Shown here: in pieces, positions 1 through 8,930 of the stretch | Numbering within the stretch: the first letter of the stretch is position 1 | Layout: each line of letters starts with the position of its first letter | DNA from: Folioceros fuciformis | Taxonomy: Eukaryota | Length of the DNA: 34,305 nt | Direction of reading: 5' to 3' | Assembly (NCBI GenBank): GCA_049999805.1 | Contig: JBNGIO010004581.1 | Span: 32,030-66,334 of the forward strand | Notes under the pieces: model-generated | Database searches by the model: none | Told to the model about the DNA's origin: nothing | The model's input: the letters and a program-made list of their open reading frames with translations, nothing else | Translations under genes and position numbers: made by a program

Positions 1-145
1 CTTACAAAAATTGGTCAAGTACATAGGTAAAATAAACTGATAAATATTCTATTAAATATTTTTTTATGATTTTAATTTATAAACATGTACAATTTCATAT
101 TAATATTAATGTCATGTATGTATGGGTTATATTTATTAATATTAC

Positions 146-812
146 CTTTTCAATATTATCCATCATAATTCCTTTTACTTCAGATACTTGTGCTTTTATT
201 TTTGAAAGCTTGTTTATTTCATCAGGATGGTCCACACAATACTGCATATGCTCTCTTAGTTTACCTCTACAACCCACAAGTGAAAATTTTATTAATCAAA
301 ATAATATTACCGATTATTTTACATAAAAATTCATGTAATGTGCAAAGAAAAGATTAAATAAATTATAATACCCAAATTCTTTATCCAAGCTATTTGCCAT
401 AGCCATATCAACCTTTCCTCCATAACGCCTTTTAAATTCTTCTTTAACACGTTCCAAAAACGCAAATGCCATTTGCCTTCCATACTCCTCATCAGCCACA
501 ACCATGTACACTTCAAATTCCCAACACACAATTTACACTTTGTCAGTCCATAATATTGATAATTAATTTTTTTTAAATAAAATAATTTATCAAGGACATA
601 ACTATTGCATGCCTACCATAGCCATCTTCTACAAGATAGTTAAAGGTGTGATGGTCACAAGTATAAGTAAACTTGTTATTATTTGGTGGTAATTTTTGTA
701 AGCATTGTATTGCTAATTGACTGAAATTTCCTGAAAAGGCAGAATACTCGGCCAATACTGTATGGCCCCTTGCTACAAAGCTGTAAATCAAAGATTGTCC
801 TTGAGAGCCCAT
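146..812 (-). CDS. VAMP72: VAMP72-family R-SNARE (longin domain + start of synaptobrevin coil), 3' part outside the window. Exons 812-617, 510-372, 266-146
   Basis: Spliced translation [23 protein letters not shown]...[42 protein letters not shown]...[44 protein letters not shown] matches plant VAMP721/722. GT-AG junctions keep the frame. Confidence 0.93.
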
Positions 813-1833
813 GGTTTTCTTTTTCCCCTTTATTTTATCTCATGTAGATCTCATATCTCATAAATTATGAATAATTGATTTCGGTTATGAAAAAAAAATG
901 TGCGTTGAGTTTTTCTTGATATAAGATTATCAACTCCTATTCAGAGATGTTGTTGGATCTCCTTATTGTTTGGAGCTGAAAATTGTAGGTATTTTGCTAA
1001 ATTCTTGCAACACATTTTTACATTTGTACTAATGTAACTGGCATTTACCATGCATAAGATATCCATATGAAACTAAGCATTGTGAGCATCTTGTCCATAT
1101 TTTCATTGTATTTTATATTTACACTGAAACTTAAACGTTTTTTTCATTCACGTATAAAGATGTATTAGAAGTCTTTGATAAGAGTAAAGCCTTTGAAATA
1201 GGTTAAACATAGTTTGAGTACTCTACTGGTGTTCAAAAAATGTTTCTAGTGAATATATTCCACATTGGAGCCAACAAACTTGTGTACATGATGCCACCAT
1301 TAATTGGTCATCACATCCCTATTTTTTGACTTTGTCTTCTTTTTTCTTGCTAAAAGATTTGTTTGCTACAATAAGCAACCACTTATTCATTGATCTAACA
1401 ATATTCAATGTTAGTTTGTTTGTTACTAAGCTTACCTTTACAATAAATTTGTTAAGTTAAAGTAGTTGTATATGTAGTGATGGTAGCTTTAAGTATGATG
1501 TTTCATAACACATAGAAGCTAACTAACTAAGATTTTTAAGGCATACAAGACAAAGAGGACTACCCTAAGTAAAGAAGATAAAAAGACACTACCATATGGG
1601 GATAGTGTAATTCATAAACGATCTAAGAACAACTTTTTGTAGCAACTTGGAGATGAGACCCAACACATGTAGAAGGCTTTAAACAACTCGATACATCCTT
1701 AAAGAAGGGTACATTTGTACATGCATGTATAGAGGTGCATTTCTACATGCATATGGCCTATAAGGGAATAGATCCATCAATTAGTAACTGATTGATGAAT
1801 AGCACAATGAGATGAAGAATTCATGACCAACAT

Positions 1834-1990
1834 GGATGGTTATCAATCCTTACTCTTGGATGACTATGGAGAGCAAGTGGGACATTTAGTGTCCGCTACA
1901 ACTATGGGGGGATGGTTATCAATCCTTACTCTTCTATGACTATGGAGAGCAAGTGGGACATTTATTGTTTGCTACAACTATGGAGAGCAA
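1834..1990. repeat. Tandem duplication, ~76 bp unit x2
   Basis: ggatggttatcaatccttactctt..atgactatggagagcaagtgggacattta..gt..gctacaactatgg starts at 1834 and again at 1910. Confidence 0.9.
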
Positions 1991-2139
1991 GAACAGGATC
2001 ATCGATGACCATCATTAGGATTCCAAGTACCCCCACCTCCTCTTCTAGGAGAACTTGTAATCAGCACTCTTGCATTTGCTCTCTATTTCACAATCATGAG
2101 TGAATAAGAATACACTACGCATGAGAGTTAGAGACTCAA

Positions 2140-2355
2140 CTCTCCATCTTTGCCTAAGCTAGAAGCTTAGCTCTCTTTCTACTTTACAATAGACATGCAC
2201 AGAGCCCAATGTTCCTTATCCCAACTCCTCATCTTTGTCTAGGCAAAGAAGCCAATAGTTCTTATGCAAACTTTCCATCTTTGCCTAAGGTAGAAGCTTA
2301 GCTCTCTCTTTCCACTTTATATTAGACATGCACAGAAGCCAATGTTCCTTATTCT
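2140..2355. repeat. Direct repeat, ~80 bp x2 with a partial copy between
   Basis: tccatctttgcctaag.tagaagcttagctctct...agacatgcacaga..ccaatgttccttat at ~2143 and ~2274; partial catctttgtctagg at ~2230. Confidence 0.85.
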
Positions 2356-2649
2356 AAGTGTTTTGCATGGCAACCTCCGAGATGGGTGCCAAATCATTAT
2401 AGCCTCAAGGATGTCAAGGATGCTAGGTATGAAGATGATGATTTGAATGGTAAATTTTTTATTCCTTTTCTTTCATATTAGGTAGGATTGTCCTTTCACT
2501 TTACCTCATGTACAGTAAGATCTTTCTCCTCTCTATTTCTTTTACAAGTTAAAAATATATATTTATAATACTATATTTTCCTATCCATACTTTCATCTGC
2601 ACATATCTCTTTTGCCTAAAATTTAGAAGGGCCTCTTCAAAGGGATTCT

Positions 2650-4790
2650 ATCGTTGTCTCTTCCTTGGTATCAGAAAGGTTGTTGATGCCATATAAGTTG
2701 TGCAATCAACATATAAGTTGTGCAGCTTTTGTCAATGCTGATTACAACCACATGGCATCCTCTTTGCATAGCTGCTTGAAGGAATGAACCTGAACTTACA
2801 AAAGCATCTACAACCCAATCCCCTTTACCAGAAAACATGCTCACAAGCATCACCAATAAACCTAAAGGCTTCTTATAAGGGGACACCACCATAGAGTTAA
2901 CTGAATGAAACATATGTTTCTTGACTATTGCACCATGCAAAATTACCTGAGGGAGTGGGAATCCTTGTTGTGGAAATAAAGGCACTTTAGGGTGAAAGGT
3001 GTTTGTCTTCATTGTACTACCAAGTGTGATGTATTCCATTGTTTTCACTGTGCCTGTGTTATAAGGAACGCTAGTCTTCTCCCTTATCAAAGTTTGAATC
3101 ACCCCTTTCTTACACCATCATGGTGTAAGACCGAGCGAGCACCATTGATGAAAAGATTCTAGAGGAGAAAAGCACAACTAGATGACAAAAAATCAAACAT
3201 AGCACTTTTGCAAAGGTTGTTTGAAACTTCATGAAATGTGATTCCTTGATGTGCTTGGGAAACGTTTCCTTTGCCTCTTCAAAAGTTTTGCACTTCTGCG
3301 CACACGGGAATGGATGTTGTATTGAATGAATTTTCTGTTTCCTCCCAACCTATGGATCCATATGCTTTAGTTGTAGCTTCCCATGTATGACTTTCTAAGT
3401 GACCACAATTAATATATCTTTGCCTTCTGAATCACTTGGAACTCATTGAAATGCCCTCCATGGCTTTCCTTGCATTGCAAAGGGCTTGGGAATGGCTTCT
3501 TGTATTGTCTCCAAACTACTACTTAGGATCAACGCCTCCGGCACCTTCCTTTTGGCCTTAGCTTGCTTATTTGTGCCACCACTTAATCCTTTTGCTTATT
3601 ATGGGAGTTCACATTTCTCCCACATTTAAAACATCCTATCAACATTCTTCCACAAGGCTTCGTTACACTTAGCTATGTGGAATAATAACGTTTTCTGATC
3701 TACCATCTTCTAAACCTAGTCAATGTCTTTCGGATTCTTGGGTTCTTCAATCATTTCCAAAAGCTTGTACACATTGAATTTCCACTTCTGTGCTGGCTTC
3801 TCATCCTCCTTATGGTGCCTATGGCATATATCTAGCTCGTCATAGATATAAAGCACCTACTTTATCAAGCCCACCCCCTTTGGCCTATTTGTGAAACCAT
3901 TATGATCTACTGCGAGGACCCGCATTTCTTCTTTTGTCAACCCTATATATACATACATACATGTCTTCTATAGTATACATCTAATGCAATTTTTGCAACA
4001 TAGCAAAATAGTGGTTACTACAAAGCACACCCATTCGATATTGTTAAGGCGGTGATTTTGTCAACAAACACTTTCTCCTTAGAGTTGGCCTAAGCTAGAT
4101 CTATTATGCATAGAAGAGGCATTTGTCTTGTAAGAGATTTCATCCACGCCTTGTCCACTTTATGTATCTAAGCATCTGTTGTGAGAAATGATGCAGGATA
4201 AAGGACATCTTTATGAATATCAAACGTTGTTGACATAATAACGTCCTGCGACAAATTTCCTAGTCTTTCGACATTTGTTTCCACTGGCTTAGAGTCTGCA
4301 AAATTGTAGCACTTGTTACAATACATACTTTGACAAAGTGTGTAGAACGTAGCCTTAAAGTTGAAGAAGTTGAATCACTCCATCTAGCGGAAGAGGAGCA
4401 ACAATTTGAGAAGGTCGAGACATCCCTATTTACGTGTAGGGAAAAGTTCTTCAATTTCATGGTGTGCTTGTGAGGAAGGAGACCTTGTAAAAAGAACTTT
4501 TACCTCAATTCCTGGTCATGCGGTGGTATGACGCATCTCTTATCTTTGCTATTCTATGGTTAGAAGTATGACATCTAGCAAGGGATGGAAAATGAGTGAC
4601 AAAGAATTATTTTCATGATTGGCAAAGGTTGGAACATATGCTTGTTAATCGAACTCCTCACAAGCAATCTTTGAGGCCCTCTCCATAGGCTAGACCTAGT
4701 TGGGTGTTTTTAGAGGTTGCGTCTTTCTTTCCCTTAGGCTAGTGAAGCTCACTAATGCCATGTTCCCTTTTCCCATAGGCTTCATGCCAT
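2650..4790 (-). pseudogene. Decayed gene: ParB-like N-terminal domain + helical region + beta-class N6/N4 DNA methyltransferase domain (catalytic motif IV region apparently deleted)
   Basis: Manual minus-strand translation through stops gives *IHKVDKAWMKSL (~4170-4132), YRMGVLCSNHYFAMLQKL (~4040-3987; ParB GGNH-like), VYIGLTKEEMRVLAVDHN (~3952-3899) and KTFEEAKETFPKH (~3290-3252). It then gives IQTLIREK...EYITLG and YKKPLGLLVMLVSMFSGKGDWVVDAFVSSGSFLQAAMQRGCHVVVISID (~2877-2731), matching the QKPxxLLxxLIxxxSxxGDxVLDPFxGSGTTxxAAxxxGRxxIGIE pattern. About 20 stops and a few frameshifts. Confidence 0.75.
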
Positions 4791-4888
4791 CTTATCATTT
4801 ACGTTAGAGTCTTAATATCACTTAACATTGAAGTACTATATAGTTTTGCAAGCACCTTACTTCATATGCAACAAAAAAACAAACTAAG

Positions 4889-5082
4889 GCAAAGAGCACA
4901 CCTTCTCATGTATGAACAACATAAAGCAAAGAATATACCTTCTCATAGTTGATTACCAACTTTTGTAAGCAACTCTTGCTCTCATACCTACTCGTAGTCT
5001 ATTACCAACTTTTGTAAGCAACTCTTGTTCTCATTATTTGCCCTGGGGGCTGCATGAATTTGCTTGGGAACTCTTGCTCTCA
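4889..5082. repeat. Cluster of short direct repeats
   Basis: gcaaaga..a.accttctcat x2 (~4889, ~4926); attaccaacttttgtaagcaactcttg.tctcat x2 (~4952, ~5001); third aactcttgctctcat at ~5069. Confidence 0.8.
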
Positions 5083-5980
5083 TTTTTCACCATGTACTAC
5101 AAGGACAATCTTTGTGGGCGCGTAGATGTGGTACATGAGGTACCATAACAACCAATGATCTAGGGTTTAGGGTTTTAGGGTAGCCTTCAACAACTCATTG
5201 TTATACAAGTAAGCCATAGTGACTTCATGATCTTTTAGAGCAAGCCATGACAGCTTCGAAGATCTTTTAAAGCAAGACATAATGACTTTGAAGTCGCTAT
5301 GGCTTGAGATGATAGCTAGTTGCTAAGAGATCATGAATTCATGATCTCATGGCAACTTTACAATCTCTTACGTTTTGGAGAGCTAGCTGCAAATCTGAAA
5401 CCCTAGTTGTAGTAAACTCCTATTAAAGTGACCTCCTTATAAGAGCATGGTGAAGATGGGTAACATACATACATATCTAGGCCTATATGCCACGTTGAAG
5501 AGAACAAATCTTCGAACCTCTTAGAAAGTTCTTTTTTTTTTTTGTTTAAAGAAAGGGGATGATAGGAATAGTAAAGTAAATTAAGTTTAGTAGTAATTAT
5601 GCATACTATCATTTATAGTAACAACTACTACTATAGAGTCTTGAGATCTACATTCTAATACTATCATACTATAGTCAACCTAGCCTATATAAAGAGCCTC
5701 TTATAAACTTATAATGTTAAACATTGTTGTATAGGGTTTCCTATTCTTTTACTACTAAGGATCTAACCAAGGAAGACAAACCATTTTAAGAGCTAAAATT
5801 ATCATATGTACTCATTATTTGGCTGACACTCTAATATTGATATACACTACGTGGTGAGTCCGGGACACACTATGTGGTGAGTACGGGTGGTCCTTAAGAT
5901 AAATCACACCTATAAAAAGCTCTTGTTGTGACGACGAGTCTTGAGTTCAAGTGTCAGTAGATACTCCTCAATCCATATCA

Positions 5981-6925
5981 ATGGATAAAAAAAAGTTAAC
6001 AAAAGATCCAGAGAGCGATATGTTGACATCAAGATTACTAGCAAGATGTAAGTACTTTGAAGACCAAATAGCGTTGTCTACATTCTTTAAAACATTTTGT
6101 GAGCAAATGCAAAATGATTTAGGACTCCATCTCCTGGTATTCAAGCAAATCGTAGTATATGCAATAGGGGATATCTCGGTTAGTGAGAGAGCACTATATC
6201 AGCTGGTGCTTACATTGCTCATGAAGAAAACTCTCCCTAGTATCAAAAAAATTATGATTTATGACCCTAAGTTAGATTGCTTTCAACAAGCAGTACTAAA
6301 AGATTTAGGGTGCTCTATACTAGAAGATAACTTCTTGGGAGCTCTAACTTTTGTTCAGCCTACCATTTTTTACATGCCGTTTTGCCCCTTTTATGTTTGT
6401 GAAGCTACCATAAGATCCAACATAGCGCTTGCAACCTCAGGTCAAGCTATATTTTTGGGTATTAGCTTAAGAGACTATTGTCAAGCTCTGTCATCATCAA
6501 AAGTTATGTCAAAGCAATCACATGAACAAAACAATCACACCGACAAAACATTTTCAAATTTGTTATGGATGTCCACGGTGGTACAAGAACATCCAATCGA
6601 TATCTTTGGTGTCTCGCCAGATTTGCAAGAAGCTTTCAAGTCCACCACTTGGTACTTCTTCTCATCTTCACTTGCCACATTTGCTCAAATGAATCGCTTA
6701 ACACAACAATGCAATAAAGGACGTGTTAAACAACGCAATAAAGGATGTGTTAAGCAATGTAATAAAGGATTGATAAATGGTTCAACACAACAACAAGATA
6801 AAGGATTGATAATCAGCACACGAAATGAAGGATTGATGAACAACACGCCATATTTTTTCTTCTACAATATTACACAATACTTTTTCTTCTTCATCCATAT
6901 AATTACTAAAGTGTGCTTGAGATAG
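5981..6925 (+). CDS. Diverged intronless SRR1-domain protein (possibly a duplicate or decaying copy) with a repeat-derived C-terminal tail
   Basis: IVVYAIGDISVSERALYQLVLTLLMKK...IMIYDPKL...LKDLGCSILEDN...QPTIFYMPFC matches the plant SRR1 pattern (VIYGIGS...QLS.AILMK...VFDPVL...LGC.VL..N...PTLFFMPHC). First ATG at 5981 (the ORF track starts at a GTG). Confidence 0.8.
   Translation: MDKKKLTKDPESDMLTSRLLARCKYFEDQIALSTFFKTFCEQMQNDLGLHLLVFKQIVVYAIGDISVSERALYQLVLTLLMKKTLPSIKKIMIYDPKLDCFQQAVLKDLGCSILEDNFLGALTFVQPTIFYMPFCPFYVCEATIRSNIALATSGQAIFLGISLRDYCQALSSSKVMSKQSHEQNNHTDKTFSNLLWMSTVVQEHPIDIFGVSPDLQEAFKSTTWYFFSSSLATFAQMNRLTQQCNKGRVKQRNKGCVKQCNKGLINGSTQQQDKGLIISTRNEGLMNNTPYFFFYNITQYFFFFIHIITKVCLR
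6700..6845. repeat. ~24 bp tandem repeat in the SRR1-like tail
   Basis: caatgcaataaaggacgtgttaaa / caacgcaataaaggatgtgttaag / caatgtaataaaggattgataaa..., encoding QCNKGRVK-like units. Confidence 0.8.
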
Positions 6926-7962
6926 CATTTTCTAAGGTATGAATATGCCCTTTCCCGTTAGCCTAAACCCAAACCTCGGCAAAGCCCTTTTTTCTTAACA
7001 ACTTTACCCCAAACCTTGGAAGAAAAGAGGCATTTTTCAAAAAAACTAGCTTTGATCCTCTACCTGAAGTGAAAAAAGTGGCACCTAAGAACCCTAGTTT
7101 TTGAGAAAAATGGCTTTTAGATTTTTTTTCCTAAGGGACAAATGGCTTTCTACTCAATGTACTAAAAAATATATTTCAATATATATTATAATTTATATTA
7201 CTCCAGTTTTTCAGGTTCATCTATACATAGTATCGTAAGTATTCCTCTTGGATTCTGTTTACTTTTCCTGTAGATCCAATGTATATCAGGGTGATATGTT
7301 GTGCTTAAACATAGTTGTACTCCCAAGCTCTTCATAAACTGTTGCCAAAATTCCACTGCAAATTTGGGATCTCAAACTTGGATCTCTATTACTCACAATT
7401 TGTACAAGCAATCCATGTAACATATAGATATGCTTCTTAAACAATTGAGCCTTAAACAATTGAGCAACATCTTCGCTTCTTCACGATTCACACATCCTTC
7501 TATATACATGAGTTTTCCACCCGCCCTATGAATAATGCTGTCCTCAGCATCTTGAGACTCACCACACCACATGTAATGTGTGTAAAAAAAATGCTAATAC
7601 ACTTCATAGATCAAATCATATAAGCTTTTATTTCTAAGTAATAGAGAACTCGGATTCAATGTATTTTCTATTATTGAAAAAGAGATGGAAAATTCCATCT
7701 ATTCTAAAAAATAATAGATAATTCCTTCCTTTTTTAAGGTAAAATGGATTTCGGCCTCCAAGTTTAGACTAAGACTGTCTATTTGCCAAGGTGTGCTAGG
7801 AGTACATGATTACCAACTTAATGTACAACTTCTTTGTATGCACATGGCGTTAGGATTGATAGATCTGCATGTGACATGCCTTAGGGTCATGTGCTGTAGT
7901 CCACCCTTCTGTGAGTGAAGAGAAACTCCTGGTCCTTCGCTTTGCATTGCACCAGCTTCGAG

Positions 7963-8838
7963 ATGGCCGTTAGCCAGGGCCTAGGATTGTACTGGCACAG
8001 GTGCGAGAGAGATGGAGGCAGCCTGGGGATCGTGGCTGTGGCCGGATGGATGCTGAGCAAGCCGCGGCAGCTGCAGCCCTACCTTCGACAACACGCTGCG
8101 TGCGGGTGGGACTCCCTGGCGTGCCACCCGGCCGTGCTCAATCTGTGGTTCCCCAGCCGCGCGCGTGTTCTGGCGGTGCAGATGCTGGAAGAACTGGCCC
8201 GAGAGGTGCAGCAAAAGCCTAGGCCCATTGTGTTCTCCACTTTTTCCGGCGGAGCCAAGGCCTGCCTCTACCAGGCCTTCGGAATCCTGCTTGACCCGGA
8301 CCTCGATCCCACCGGGAAGTGGAGCGCCGTCCGGGCGTGCGTAGCGGGTCAGGTGCACGACTCCAGCCCCATCGAGTTCCGCACCGACGTCGGCGTCAAG
8401 TTTGTGAGCCGCTCCTTCATGCCGGGCTTCGGCAGGCCGCCCGTGGCGCTCTTCTGGCTCGTGAGGACGGGAGGATGTGCTGCAGACAAGGTCTTCCTCG
8501 CGGAGGTCCAGCGGCAGGAGAAGGAGTACTGGCGTGTGATGCACGGATCTGCGAAATTTGGCCCTGTGCTGCTGCTGTGTTCCAGGTCCGATCCGCTGGT
8601 GAAGTTCGATACGATACGCAGATTCGCGCGCAAGCTGGAAGAGCTCGGGTGCGCGGTCACGCTAGTGGCTTGGGATGACTCCCTGCATGTCTCGCATCTG
8701 AAGCAGTATCCTGACGAGTACCGCGCCGCCATCGCCGCCTTCCTCAGAGGTGTTGTTGCAGCGCGGGATCATCAAGATGGTGAGTCACAGGCTGTGCAAG
8801 ACGAGGTCGTAGGAAGGGATCTTGTTTCCAAGTTATGA
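7963..8838 (+). CDS. DUF829 / TMEM53-family alpha/beta-hydrolase-fold protein, intronless
   Basis: LYWHR...GIVAVAGWM.S..RQLQPY....GWDSLACH...LN.WFP.RA..LA; RPIVFSTFSGGAKAC; CVAGQVHDSSP; W.DS.HV.H.K.YPDEY are typical of plant DUF829 proteins. Confidence 0.88.
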   Translation: MAVSQGLGLYWHRCERDGGSLGIVAVAGWMLSKPRQLQPYLRQHAACGWDSLACHPAVLNLWFPSRARVLAVQMLEELAREVQQKPRPIVFSTFSGGAKACLYQAFGILLDPDLDPTGKWSAVRACVAGQVHDSSPIEFRTDVGVKFVSRSFMPGFGRPPVALFWLVRTGGCAADKVFLAEVQRQEKEYWRVMHGSAKFGPVLLLCSRSDPLVKFDTIRRFARKLEELGCAVTLVAWDDSLHVSHLKQYPDEYRAAIAAFLRGVVAARDHQDGESQAVQDEVVGRDLVSKL

Positions 8839-8930
8839 AGCGGAACTCTGACGACTAGTCCTTTTGATGGATAGTCCTTAATGGAATGAATCGATGAAGG
8901 GACAAAATATGGAAAGGTGGAACACCAGAC

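Noticed and set aside
2650-4790. Stops in the ParB-MTase frame repaired by U-to-C RNA editing
   Set aside because: That editing is organellar. This locus is nuclear and also has frameshifts and an apparent deletion of the catalytic motif.
5160-5181. tagggtttagggttttagggt as an interstitial telomere
   Set aside because: Only ~3 imperfect units; such telobox-like motifs are common in plant repeats and promoters.
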